From positions 1 through 64,000 of IMG/VR virus record IMGVR_UViG_3300031649_000001: a stretch of DNA of 64,000 bases; one strand, 5' to 3'. Within the stretch, counting starts at the first letter, position 1. Each line of letters begins with the position of its first letter. The stretch is from a virus. The notes beneath the pieces are model-generated. The model saw nothing but the letters and a program-made list of their open reading frames with translations, had not been told where the DNA came from and did no database searches. A program made the position numbers and the translations under genes. This document shows positions 9,879-19,576 of this stretch, in pieces.

Positions 9879-10298
9879 GTGAGCAGGATGTCGGTCTACG
9901 CGCCGCAGACCCCCCAACTGGGCAAGAACGCTATCGCGCTCCGGGTCGCGGCTCTGCGCGTCATGAACGAGGCGGGCGGGCCGCAGTACAAGCGCTACGA
10001 CAGGTCCGGCGCCCGCCCGGCGTACCAGGTCGAAACGGTGAACGGTGAGATGAGGCCGCTGGACACGCGGGAGGTTCCCGCCTATGTCCTGGCCCAGGCC
10101 GACATGTACCCCGGCGTCCGCGCCCACGTGCAGGAAGCTCTGGACGCCGCGCTGGCCAACCCGGACGTGTCCGACCGGGACAGCCTGATGAGGGCGGTCC
10201 TGGAGGGCCTGGACGAGCGGTGCGGGAATCAGCTCCAGAGCGCCGCCGCGTTCTTCACCGCCGACGAGGCCGACCTTCCGGTGCCGGTCGCGGTGTAG
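9879..10298 (+). CDS. hypothetical protein
   Basis: GC3-biased ORF ending just before a hairpin terminator. Confidence 0.7.
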   Translation: MSRMSVYAPQTPQLGKNAIALRVAALRVMNEAGGPQYKRYDRSGARPAYQVETVNGEMRPLDTREVPAYVLAQADMYPGVRAHVQEALDAALANPDVSDRDSLMRAVLEGLDERCGNQLQSAAAFFTADEADLPVPVAV

Positions 10299-10316
10299 CG
10301 CCAGTCAGCCCTGACG

Positions 10317-10350
10317 GGCCCCGTCTCCCCCGTGGGAGACGGGGCCTTTC
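10317..10350 (+). terminator. intrinsic terminator
   Basis: 13-bp stem GGCCCCGTCTCCC/GGGAGACGGGGCC followed by TTTC. Confidence 0.75.
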
Positions 10351-10404
10351 TGCTGCTCAAGTCCGGTATGCCGCCCCCCTCTTGACCCATCCACGCAGAT
10401 AAAA

Positions 10405-10452
10405 GAGACACGGGGTTTGCGCACGCCGCACGGTTATGCAATATTGGTGTTA
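10405..10452 (+). promoter_or_regulatory. IR-family promoter upstream of the DUF932 gene, bracketed by two 12-bp palindromes
   Basis: GAGACACGGGGTTTGCGC left arm and -35; ATCCACGCAGAT at 10389 and ATCCGCGCGGAT at 10458. Confidence 0.55.
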
Positions 10453-10520
10453 CGCCAATCCGCGCGGATCGGTCACCGGCCCCGGCCGGAGGCCACCGCA
10501 CAGAGCAGGAGGAGCACCGC

Positions 10521-11579
10521 ATGGCTCACAAAGTCGAGAAGATGTTCTCGGTCGTCGAAGGCGGCGCGAACGCCCCGCGTCACAAGCTGCCCTGGCACTA
10601 CGACGAGACCGGCGCGGACGGCCGCACGCTGATCCTTGAGCAGAACCCGGAGACCTGGGCCGAGGTCCGCCCGCTGGCCGGTCTGGACTGGGACCCGGTC
10701 GAGGAGCCCCTCTACCGCAAGACGGCCGGTGTCGGCCCGGACGGACCGACGGAGGGCTACGAGCAGGTGGAGGGCCACAAGCTGATCGTCCGCTCGGACT
10801 CCGGCCTGGTCCTGGACACCGCCCTGGAGCAGTACGAGCTGATCACCAACACCGACATGGGCGAGATCATCGACACGTTCATGACCGGCCACAAGATCGC
10901 CTTCGAGACGGCGGGCTGCCTGGACGAGGGCCGCCAGGTGTGGGCGATGCTCCAGGTCGGCGACCTCCTGGAGATCAAGGGCGACCCCAGCCCGACCGCC
11001 CGCTACATCGCACTCCTCAACCGGCACGACGGACACGGCGCGTGCAAGGCCATCGCGACCAACATCCGCATCGTGTGCGCCAACACCTGGCACTACGCCG
11101 ACACCACCTCCGAGGCCAACGCCACCACCTTCGCCTTCCACCACCGCTCCCAGTGGCGCCAGAAGGTCAAGGAGATCCAGGACGACGTGAAGAAGGCCCT
11201 GTCCGGCGCCGAGAAGGAGGCCAAGGCGTACGCCGAGCTGGCCGAGGACATGATCATGAAGTCGGTCACGCCCGAGCAGGAGAAGGCGTTCGTCGACGAG
11301 TGGGTCTACCCGACCAAGAACGAGCACAAGCTGAAGCCGAAGGCGCACGAGAACGTCACCGTGGCCCGCCAGCAGGTCGCCACGATCCTGGCCTCGGACA
11401 CGTGCGAGGGCATCCGGGGCACCGCCTACGGCCTGATGCAGGGCGCCGGTGAGTACCTGGACCACTACCGCACCTACAAGAACACCGACACCCTCATGGG
11501 CCGCACGGTCTTCACCCAGGACAAGCTCAAGATCCGCGCCCGCAACCTGGCGGTCCTGGCCGCCGACGGCCGCCTGTAG
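10521..11579 (+). CDS. DUF932 family phage/plasmid protein
   Basis: MAH..EKMF...PWH, ETAGCLDEGRQVW, LLNRHDG.GA, IRIVCANT and RGTAYG motifs. Confidence 0.85.
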   Translation: MAHKVEKMFSVVEGGANAPRHKLPWHYDETGADGRTLILEQNPETWAEVRPLAGLDWDPVEEPLYRKTAGVGPDGPTEGYEQVEGHKLIVRSDSGLVLDTALEQYELITNTDMGEIIDTFMTGHKIAFETAGCLDEGRQVWAMLQVGDLLEIKGDPSPTARYIALLNRHDGHGACKAIATNIRIVCANTWHYADTTSEANATTFAFHHRSQWRQKVKEIQDDVKKALSGAEKEAKAYAELAEDMIMKSVTPEQEKAFVDEWVYPTKNEHKLKPKAHENVTVARQQVATILASDTCEGIRGTAYGLMQGAGEYLDHYRTYKNTDTLMGRTVFTQDKLKIRARNLAVLAADGRL

Positions 11580-11708
11580 CCCAGACGCCCCGGCCGCCGC
11601 TCCTTGCCGATCCTGTAAAGACCGGGAGGGCGGCGGCCGGGCCGGTCTACCCTTTCGGCCCATCGGCCGATCCACGCAGATACACGGCGACACAGAAGGA
11701 CCCACCGC

Positions 11709-12515
11709 ATGGCACCGCGCAGCCCCTGGCGCGCCCTCCCCATCCCGATCATGTTCGGCAGCGAGCTGCCGGTCCTGCTCCGGCACGACCCCGCACCGCG
11801 CTCCCTGGCCCGCATGAAGTGGCGCCCCATCGTCAACCACCCCGGGGACAACAAGCCCCACGGCGGCCTCTGGACCGCCCCCGCCATCCTCCCGCCGGGC
11901 AAGTGGCGGCCCGTCCCGCGCCGATCCACGTGGACGGAGTGGTGCGAGATGGAGGACATGCAGTCCTGGATCAACTACGGGTGGCAGACCCAGATCCACC
12001 CCGACCCCACGGCACCGTTCGCCGTCATCCGGTGCGCCGCTGACGCCGTCGCCCTGTACGAGGCGTTCCCGTACGACGACAACCCCGTCACCCAGCTCCT
12101 GCGGGCGGGCGGCATCACCGGCGGCATCATGGACCTGATGATCAACTGGCAGGCGCTGCTGTCCACGGGGATCGCTGGCGTCTACCTCACCGACCGGGGG
12201 ATGCGGGAGACGCGCCTGCCCGAGCAGGGCATCCCGTCCCTCTACACGTGGGACCTGGCCACGGTGTGGTTCGGCCGGAAGGCGTTCCGCGTCGGCAAGA
12301 CCTGGCGCAGCCCGCGCCTGGCCGTGGAGCCGGACGAAGACCTGCCGCCCCGCGAGCTCATGAAGCGCAACCGCGCGCGGCTGCGGGAGATGGCGGCGGA
12401 GCTCCAGGGCGAGGAGTCCACGGAGGCGGCCGTCGCCCTGGACACCGTCGAAGAACTCTTCCGTGAGCTGTTCCCGGAGGACGAGCCGGGCGACGGCGAC
12501 GACCCGTCGGAGTGA
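11709..12515 (+). CDS. hypothetical phage protein
   Basis: NKPHGGLWT...LYTWDLATVW motifs; AAGGA RBS. Confidence 0.65.
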   Translation: MAPRSPWRALPIPIMFGSELPVLLRHDPAPRSLARMKWRPIVNHPGDNKPHGGLWTAPAILPPGKWRPVPRRSTWTEWCEMEDMQSWINYGWQTQIHPDPTAPFAVIRCAADAVALYEAFPYDDNPVTQLLRAGGITGGIMDLMINWQALLSTGIAGVYLTDRGMRETRLPEQGIPSLYTWDLATVWFGRKAFRVGKTWRSPRLAVEPDEDLPPRELMKRNRARLREMAAELQGEESTEAAVALDTVEELFRELFPEDEPGDGDDPSE

Positions 12516-12516
12516 A

Positions 12517-12553
12517 CACGTGAGGGCCGGAGGTGGACTCCGGCCCTCACGTG
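12517..12553 (+). terminator. hairpin terminator
   Basis: Perfect 16-bp stem directly after the stop codon. Confidence 0.7.
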
Positions 12554-12736
12554 GATCAAGGAGGTTGCGCCCGGGAACCGTAGCGCACCGCCCGGCCGGG
12601 CGGCCGGGCGGGCGGTGGCTCCCCCGGACGGACGGCCGCCCGGCCGGGCAACACAAGCCATGCGTACAAAGATCACGTGTGATAATGTCGTGACACACGG
12701 CATCGATAAGATCGAGCGAATCGAGGATCAGGAACG

Positions 12737-12982
12737 ATGACCAGCCTGGAAGACAACATCCGGCGCCGGACCGGGAAGCCCACCGGCATCCCCAAGGACG
12801 CCGTCGAGGCCGCGACCGCCATCAACGCCGAACTCGGCCGCCGGATCAACCTGCCCGGCCCCGACCACACCGGCGTCCTGCTGGCCGGGGTCGGCTCCGG
12901 CGACGTGGACAGCGTGGCCCTGGCGTCCATCGCGGTGTCGCTGGCGGACATCGCCAAGAGCCTGCGCACCCTGGCGCAGTGA
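12737..12982 (+). CDS. hypothetical protein
   Basis: AGGA RBS; preceded by a promoter-like GATAATGTCGTGACAC at about 12681. Confidence 0.6.
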   Translation: MTSLEDNIRRRTGKPTGIPKDAVEAATAINAELGRRINLPGPDHTGVLLAGVGSGDVDSVALASIAVSLADIAKSLRTLAQ

Positions 12983-12983
12983 C

Positions 12984-13466
12984 GTGGCCCTGCACATCTA
13001 CGCCACGCGGCCCGCGCCGCCCGGCGCCCCGCAGCCCATTACGCGCGGGCGGCCGTTCACCTTCCGCCGCGACGGCGCCGACTTCTGGCTGGTAGCCGTC
13101 TACCCGGCGCAGCCCGCCCACGCCCTGGACGCGCTCCTGTTCCACGCAGAACGGCGCACGCTGTTCTGGCAGGGCCGGGGCTGGGCCGACAGCTTCCCGC
13201 CCGCCGGGCTGGGCCACGAGCTGTGGCGCTGCGACGACCGCGACGCACCCCGCGTCACCCTCGCCCGCATCAGCGCGGACGACACCTTCACCGTCGCCAG
13301 CCGCTTCATCGAGCTGCTGGCCCACCGCTCGCTGGACGCCGCCGTCACCACCTACACCGCCAACGTGAAGACTCTCACCGGCAGCGAGCCCCAGCGTGCA
13401 CCGCGACTTCACCGCATCACACAGGACGGCGAGCACCTAGTGGCCGCCAAGGGGGCAACCGCATGA
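12984..13466 (+). CDS. hypothetical protein
   Basis: ATGA overlap with the next gene. Confidence 0.6.
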   Translation: MALHIYATRPAPPGAPQPITRGRPFTFRRDGADFWLVAVYPAQPAHALDALLFHAERRTLFWQGRGWADSFPPAGLGHELWRCDDRDAPRVTLARISADDTFTVASRFIELLAHRSLDAAVTTYTANVKTLTGSEPQRAPRLHRITQDGEHLVAAKGATA

Positions 13467-14794
13467 GCAGAAACGCACAGGCAATCAAGATCATCCGCGC
13501 GGTCGGGTCCACCCCCGGCTACGCCATGGAGCCGCAGGAGCGCGGCCGGTACAAGCTGGTCCGCCTCGCCGACGAGAAGCACGACGTCCCCGAGGTCAGC
13601 ATCACCGTCAGCGCGAACGCCGCCGACCGCCAGCACCTGAACGACCTGACCCGCCTGAAGAACAAGCTGGGCTGGACGCAGGACCTGTTCGACGAGATCG
13701 AGGAGCTCACCCGATCGCACCGCATCGCGGACACCGACCCCGCCGACGACCTCACCAAGGCGCTCCTCACGGCCTGGGGCATCGACCCCGACGCCCCCAA
13801 GCCGGAGCCCGAGGACCACCAGCCGCAGCGCAAGCGCCACGGCAAGGGCGGCTCCGTCGCCGGGTCCGTGAAGGCGCACTTCTCCGCCGCGCAGCCCGCC
13901 GCCCCCTCCACCGAGGCGGCCGTGCAGCTCCTGGCGAACGTCGGCCGGATGCAGGCGGAGCTGATCACCCCGGAGCGCGCCCTTGACCTGCTGGACGACG
14001 TGGCGCCCTACCAGCGCAGGCTGGACAAGAAGAAGGTCCGCGACTACGCAGCCGCCATGCGGCGCGGCGAGTGGCGCCTGAACCCGGCCGACCCGCTGTG
14101 CATCGACACCAACGGCCAGACCGCCAACGGCATGCACCGCCTCAACGCCTGCGTGGAGGCCGAAGTCGCCTTCCAGTGCTGGGTCGCCTACGACACCGCG
14201 CCGGACACGTACACGATCATGGACCGTGGCAAGAAGCGCTCCACCGCCGACGACCTGCACAGTGCGGGCGAGGTGAACACCACCTTCCTCGCCAGCGCGG
14301 CCCGCTTCGCGTACCTGTGGTTCAACGTCGATCAGGAGAACTGGCGCACCACCCCCACCATCACCGACGCCCAGGTGTACGCCATCCTGGAGTCCCACCC
14401 CGGTCTGCGTGAATCGGTGAAGCACGGCCGCCTGACCAAGCTGAAGATGAGCCCCCAGGCAACGATGGTCGCCCACTACCTGATCTCCCGGAAGATGGGC
14501 GGCGACGGCGCCCTGGTCAGCGCCTGGTACAAAGCCATGCAGACCATGGACCTCCGGCGCGGCGAACCCGGCCACACTCTGGGCCTGTTCTACCGGGACA
14601 GCGCCACCGCCCGCCGCAAGCCCCTCAAGAGCCGCCCGCGCCGCGACCTGGACATGTACCTGCTGATGCAGGCGTGGAACAACACCTGCCTCGGCAAGAC
14701 CGTGAAGTCGATCAGCTACGACGCCACCAGCTTCACCATCGCCGACCCGATCGTTCCCCGGGGTGGCGCGCACACCTTCCCGCCGATCGACTAG
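13463..14794 (+). CDS. ParB/Srx-like domain protein with small N-terminal (possibly HicA-like) domain
   Basis: ITPERA...YQRRL...VRDYAAAMRRGEWRLN...IDTNGQTANGMHRLNAC (DGQHR-type motif); directly upstream of parA. Confidence 0.65.
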   Translation: MSRNAQAIKIIRAVGSTPGYAMEPQERGRYKLVRLADEKHDVPEVSITVSANAADRQHLNDLTRLKNKLGWTQDLFDEIEELTRSHRIADTDPADDLTKALLTAWGIDPDAPKPEPEDHQPQRKRHGKGGSVAGSVKAHFSAAQPAAPSTEAAVQLLANVGRMQAELITPERALDLLDDVAPYQRRLDKKKVRDYAAAMRRGEWRLNPADPLCIDTNGQTANGMHRLNACVEAEVAFQCWVAYDTAPDTYTIMDRGKKRSTADDLHSAGEVNTTFLASAARFAYLWFNVDQENWRTTPTITDAQVYAILESHPGLRESVKHGRLTKLKMSPQATMVAHYLISRKMGGDGALVSAWYKAMQTMDLRRGEPGHTLGLFYRDSATARRKPLKSRPRRDLDMYLLMQAWNNTCLGKTVKSISYDATSFTIADPIVPRGGAHTFPPID

Positions 14795-14868
14795 GCCATC
14801 CGTCACACTGCCCCTATGAGGCCGCCCGCCCGGCCGGGCGGGCGGCCCCCAGAGAAGAGAACCCAACC

Positions 14869-15588
14869 GTGTCTGAATCCACGCTCAACCGCACCACCAA
14901 AACGACAGCGATCAGCTACCTGCTCGGCGTCCCGCTGGCCCGGACCACCCGCGCGGTGATACTGGCCATCGGCGGCATCAAGGGCGGCATCGGCAAGTCC
15001 ACCACGGCCATCTACCTGGCCTACGTGTGGGCGGCCATGGGCCTCAAGGTGCTCATCATCGACGCCGACCCCAAGTCCGGCACCAGCCGGAAATGGAACC
15101 GGCGCGCCAACGAGCGCGTCGCTCAGGGGCGCGGCGAGAAGCTGCCCTTCACCGTCAAGACCCACCCCTCCGAGGACCTGGAGGAGCGGATCCTGGATGA
15201 GGGCTGGCACGAAGAGTTCGACCTGATCATCGTCGACACGGGCGGCGACAACGACCGCATCTTGCAGGCCGCGTACCGCATCGCGGACTACATGCTGCTC
15301 ACCGCCAGCCCCAGCCCTGTTGACCTGGACACGCTTGCCGACTCTGCGCGGACCGCGATCGGCAAGACAGAAGCACGGGACATCCCGGCGTCCATCCTCC
15401 TCACCGGCGTGAAGTCGTCGCGTATGGCGGAGGACGCCAAGACCGAGATGCGCAAGGCAGGCATCCCCGTGCTGTCCAACGTCGTGAAGCACCGCACCGC
15501 CTACCAGCTTGCGTACACGGAGTCGGTGAAGGGGTTCCACGACTACCCCGCCGTCCAGCATGAGCTGGACGCACCCCGAGAGGAATAA
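14869..15588 (+). CDS. parA: ParA family partition ATPase
   Basis: Deviant Walker A KGGIGKST, IIDADP and IIVDT. Confidence 0.9.
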   Translation: MSESTLNRTTKTTAISYLLGVPLARTTRAVILAIGGIKGGIGKSTTAIYLAYVWAAMGLKVLIIDADPKSGTSRKWNRRANERVAQGRGEKLPFTVKTHPSEDLEERILDEGWHEEFDLIIVDTGGDNDRILQAAYRIADYMLLTASPSPVDLDTLADSARTAIGKTEARDIPASILLTGVKSSRMAEDAKTEMRKAGIPVLSNVVKHRTAYQLAYTESVKGFHDYPAVQHELDAPREE

Positions 15589-15594
15589 CACCGC

Positions 15595-16008
15595 ATGAGC
15601 ACCAAGAACACGCGCGCCTCCGGCCTCGGCTCGCTGCTCACCAACCCGGCGCCGACGGCCGACGAAGACCCGGACTTCGCAGCCCACCAGGCACGCCAGG
15701 GCGGCGACACGGAGGGCGGGCCCGGACAGGAGGCGGACACCGCCCCGGCGGAGCCCGCCCGGCTGCCCGGCCGCACTCGCACCAGCCGCACCACCGGCGC
15801 CCTGGCCACCCGGGGCGGCGGGGCCGTACTGCCCCGCGAGCGCACCCGGCGCGTCGCCAAAGAGAAGCTGACCGTCCAGATCCCCGCGTCGCTGATCGAC
15901 GCGCTCACCGCCCTGGTCGAGCGCGACGACACCCGCCGCTACGACGAGGTGGAGGACGCGCTGCGTGCCCACTTCGAGAAGAAGGGGATCAAAATCGATG
16001 AGGACTGA
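15595..16008 (+). CDS. probable RHH centromere-binding protein (type Ib partner)
   Basis: Follows parA; disordered N-terminus with SGLGSLL; C-terminal KLTVQIPASLIDAL...EVEDAL strand-helix-helix. Confidence 0.6.
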   Translation: MSTKNTRASGLGSLLTNPAPTADEDPDFAAHQARQGGDTEGGPGQEADTAPAEPARLPGRTRTSRTTGALATRGGGAVLPRERTRRVAKEKLTVQIPASLIDALTALVERDDTRRYDEVEDALRAHFEKKGIKIDED

Positions 16009-16013
16009 CCCAT

Positions 16014-16649
16014 ATGTGTGAACGCTGTGAGGGCGGCATCGACCGTCGGATCGAGGTCACCGACGAGACCGCCGGTGCCATGATCCACGAGACGACGCAT
16101 GTCGCCCTCCAGGCGTCGGCCGCCTACGCCAACGGCTGGTACGACGCCGCCCGGGGGTACCTGAGCGACATGACCGACACCTGGGGCGGCCACGGCACGG
16201 TGCGCATGGTCTACGTGTGGGGAGCGGCACGGTTCTTCCTGCCGTCCCCGCCCGGCCGTACCGTCTCGCCGGGGCACCAGGAGATGGCAGACCTGGCCCG
16301 CCGGATGATGGGGGAGGAGCCCGACCCCAAGAAGGTGGCCCGGCTGGTGGCCCAGGGCGACCAGCTCGGCGCCGCCTGCAACGTCATCGCCACGGCCGCC
16401 AGCAAGGGCGACCTGGACACTCTGGCCGACACCGTCAACGAGTTCGGCGAAAGCCAGTCGGCAACGAACGCGCTGCTGCTGACGCTCATGTCGGACGCGG
16501 GCATCCGGCTGCGCCACAGCCGCGACGCCGACGACCAGATGGCGTACGACCTGTTCATGGCGCACGTGCACGCAGACCTCGCCGACGACGACGATGAAGA
16601 CGGCGGCGGGGAGCACAAGGGGGAGGGGACCGGCGGTGCCGATCTTTGA
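16014..16649 (+). CDS. hypothetical protein
   Basis: GAGGA RBS, GC3 bias. Confidence 0.7.
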   Translation: MCERCEGGIDRRIEVTDETAGAMIHETTHVALQASAAYANGWYDAARGYLSDMTDTWGGHGTVRMVYVWGAARFFLPSPPGRTVSPGHQEMADLARRMMGEEPDPKKVARLVAQGDQLGAACNVIATAASKGDLDTLADTVNEFGESQSATNALLLTLMSDAGIRLRHSRDADDQMAYDLFMAHVHADLADDDDEDGGGEHKGEGTGGADL

Positions 16650-17421
16650 GGCGCAGGACGCCGAAGAGGGGGACTTCCTCGGGCCGGAGCCGCCGCCCGT
16701 GGGCAGCGTGGGCTACCGGCGGGCGATCCTGAACATCTGCGCCACGTGGACCTCCGACGACTACGAGGCCGCCATGAAGCCGGTGTTCCAGTGGCGCGGC
16801 TGGCGGGCCTCCGTGGAGGTGATGTGCGAGCTGATCGGGGCCGCGTCCATCAACTGCCCGGCCTCGTGCGTGGACGCGTTCGGCAACGTGAAGCTGGATT
16901 CCCTCGTCATGGTGATGGACGACGAGGAGATCACCCGGGAGGCTCACGACCTGGCCCCCCGGGTGCACCCCACGCTGCCCCGGCACGAGGCCCTGGCGCT
17001 CTCCATCACCGAGGGCGAGGAGATGCGCGCGCTGATCCTTGACCTGCTCCCGGTGTGGAACCAGGCCGCCACCCTGCTCCGCAAGGCGGAGCGCGTGCAG
17101 GACATGGAGTCGGCACGGGTGCTGTTCACACGCTGGCTGAACACCTACGACAACCGGGTGCAGACGGCGGTCGTGGCCGCCGCCACCACGCACACCTACT
17201 GGCGGTGGCGGGCGCTGCCGCCGGGTGACGAGTGGGTGGAGACGATGCTGGACGACGGGCCCGACGTGTCCGGGTCCATCGCCTGGACGCGCAGCGCCGG
17301 ACTGAACGACATCCGCCGTCAGCAGCCCGGCCTGGTGGACAACTGGGTGGCCCGCTCCATAGAGGCGAGGAAGGGCAGCAAGAGGCGCAAGCGCCGGTGC
17401 ACCTGCAAAAAGGGCCACTGA
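16636..17421 (+). CDS. hypothetical protein
   Basis: GGAGG RBS with GTG start; GC3 bias. Confidence 0.7.
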   Translation: MPIFEAQDAEEGDFLGPEPPPVGSVGYRRAILNICATWTSDDYEAAMKPVFQWRGWRASVEVMCELIGAASINCPASCVDAFGNVKLDSLVMVMDDEEITREAHDLAPRVHPTLPRHEALALSITEGEEMRALILDLLPVWNQAATLLRKAERVQDMESARVLFTRWLNTYDNRVQTAVVAAATTHTYWRWRALPPGDEWVETMLDDGPDVSGSIAWTRSAGLNDIRRQQPGLVDNWVARSIEARKGSKRRKRRCTCKKGH

Positions 17422-17427
17422 GCAGGC

Positions 17428-17484
17428 ACGTGAGACACAAGGTTTGTGCACGGAGTGTGACCGTGCTAACCTTGTGTCTCACGT
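17428..17484 (+). promoter_or_regulatory. promoter enclosed by a perfect 17-bp inverted-repeat operator
   Basis: ACGTGAGACACAAGGTT / AACCTTGTGTCTCACGT; TTGTGC-17 bp-TAACCT. Confidence 0.75.
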
Positions 17485-17571
17485 ATTTGAGGGGCGGGAA
17501 GGACAGCGAACCGGCAGCACCACCGCCGGACAGCCGGAGTCCACCCGCCGACACCACGACGGAGGAGACCG

Positions 17572-17922
17572 ATGGACGCAGCCGCCCGGCCCGACTGGCT
17601 CAAGGTGACGTGCCGTTCCGTACCCACGCAGATCGAGGGCACCAGCCCCGACGGCGAACACGTCTACTTCCGCTACCGCTGGGGCCACGCCACGCTGGAC
17701 GTCGATGACGTGCAGATCTGGTGCGAGAGCTACGGCCACGACCTGTCCGGCGACATGGACCCCGACCTGGCCATCGCCCTCATCACCGCCCAGCTCGCGG
17801 CCCGCGCCGCCCACCGCGCCGCCCGCGCCGCCCTGCCCGTCGGTGACGTACCCCCGCTCGCCCCGGAAGAGCAGGCCCTGATGGACCGCTGGACCGCCAC
17901 CGTCCCCCCGACACAGGACTGA
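17572..17922 (+). CDS. hypothetical protein
   Basis: GGAGGAG RBS; PTQIEG...YFRYRWG. Confidence 0.7.
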   Translation: MDAAARPDWLKVTCRSVPTQIEGTSPDGEHVYFRYRWGHATLDVDDVQIWCESYGHDLSGDMDPDLAIALITAQLAARAAHRAARAALPVGDVPPLAPEEQALMDRWTATVPPTQD

Positions 17923-17987
17923 CCCGTGCCGCCCCGCCGCCCGCCCGCCGCTCCCGGCTGGCGGGCGGCTGCACATCAAGGAGAGAT

Positions 17988-18788
17988 ATGAGTTCCCTGG
18001 AAGAGTTCTTCGCGGACCTGTTCGGCGAGAACACCAAGGTCGTCCTCGGTGACACCGGCATCGAGGTGGGCTTCAACGAGTTCCTGGACATGGCCACCGG
18101 CGGCGCCTTCGACGACGGGCCGCCCGCGCCCCGCCGCGACAGCCAGGAGTACCGCGAGACCATCACCTACGTCGCCGGGCTGGACCGCCTGGAAGTCGTG
18201 ATCAGCTCCCTCAAGGGGCTGCTGGAGGACTACGGCTGGCGCGGCCCGGTGGACGTGATGGCGGAGTGGATCGCGCAGATCGAACGCAGCCCCATGACCC
18301 GCGACGGCCGGTTCCGCGACATGACCGGCGTGGTGGACCTGGCCACGATCATCGTCATGGACGCCGACGACGAGCAGCGGCTGCGGATCGCCGCCGACAA
18401 GAGGGAGAAGTACACGGCGGAGGAGGGCCTGCCCCCTCACCTGGCGTTCCAGAAGGCCCTGGCCGACACCGACAACGGCATCGACCTCACCCGCCGCTGG
18501 CAGCCGTACCTGCGCGCCGCCCTGTCCGCCGCCCGCACCACCGGCGACCGCCGCGCCGTCGTCGGGGAGCTGTTCCGCGCGCCCGGCCGCAAGGACCCCC
18601 AGGAGCTGATCCAGGGCGCGATGGTGCTGGGCACGGCCGCCTACGGCGTTCGCAACCACGACGCCATGGTCGCCCAGATGGACGCCGTAGCCCCCGGCCG
18701 GGAAGCCAGCCACGACCCCTCCGTAGCCCCCGGCTGGAACAACGGCGGCGGGTACATGCGGCGGACCGCCCTCCGGCGCCGGGGATAA
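17988..18788 (+). CDS. hypothetical protein
   Basis: AAGGAG RBS, GC3 bias. Confidence 0.75.
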   Translation: MSSLEEFFADLFGENTKVVLGDTGIEVGFNEFLDMATGGAFDDGPPAPRRDSQEYRETITYVAGLDRLEVVISSLKGLLEDYGWRGPVDVMAEWIAQIERSPMTRDGRFRDMTGVVDLATIIVMDADDEQRLRIAADKREKYTAEEGLPPHLAFQKALADTDNGIDLTRRWQPYLRAALSAARTTGDRRAVVGELFRAPGRKDPQELIQGAMVLGTAAYGVRNHDAMVAQMDAVAPGREASHDPSVAPGWNNGGGYMRRTALRRRG

Positions 18789-18857
18789 CACAACCGACCA
18801 CCCGGCCGGGCGGTAATGTGACATGTGACTTGCACACGGCATACGCGACCGCTAATC

Positions 18858-19487
18858 ATGGGTAACACAGATACAGAGAGTGAGGCCCTGATGACTACAC
18901 CGCCCGGCCGCACCCCTCACCACGAGGGCGACGGCTGCACCGGCCAGCCCCGCACCGTGGACCCCGACGGCGCCGAAGCCATCCGCTACCGCGCCAAGCG
19001 GCTCATCACCCGCGCCGCGACCGGCGCCTGGCCCGAGGCCGTCATCCACGGGGACTGGGCCGCCGACCACTACGGCCCGCCCGGCGAGTACTTCCTGTCC
19101 ACGCTGCTGGCCGGATACGTCCGCAAGGGCCACCAGCCCCCATCCACGGGGATGGGCGGCCTGCCCGTCCTCGCCCTCACCGTCGGTGATGGCGACCTGG
19201 AGGCCGCCGCACTGTTCGAGTACCTAATCAGCCACCGACGGCTGCACGGGTCCCCCCTCGAACAGTGCGGCGCCCTTCAGGCCGCACGCCTGCCGCTCCA
19301 GAGCTTCCTGATGTTCCTGCACATAGGAGATACGCCCGCCGCCCGGCGCCAGTGGCTGAACGTCTACGACCACGGCAGCGACGCACCCCTCATCCCGCCA
19401 GCATTCGCCACTCTGCTGACGCTGTGGGCCGCCCGCGCCGTGTTCGGTTCCCGCCCTTTGGCCGTCCAGACGGCTCCACTCAACTAG
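18858..19487 (+). CDS. hypothetical protein
   Basis: Downstream of a TTGCAC-17-TAATCA promoter at about 18830-18858; start uncertain (18858 or 18890). Confidence 0.55.
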   Translation: MGNTDTESEALMTTPPGRTPHHEGDGCTGQPRTVDPDGAEAIRYRAKRLITRAATGAWPEAVIHGDWAADHYGPPGEYFLSTLLAGYVRKGHQPPSTGMGGLPVLALTVGDGDLEAAALFEYLISHRRLHGSPLEQCGALQAARLPLQSFLMFLHIGDTPAARRQWLNVYDHGSDAPLIPPAFATLLTLWAARAVFGSRPLAVQTAPLN

Positions 19488-19576
19488 AGGACCGAGCCAT
19501 CATGACGACAGCGACACCGCACGAGGCGCCCAGACGGCCAGCCTGGGAGCCGAAGGTCAACGTCAAGGAGGAACCC

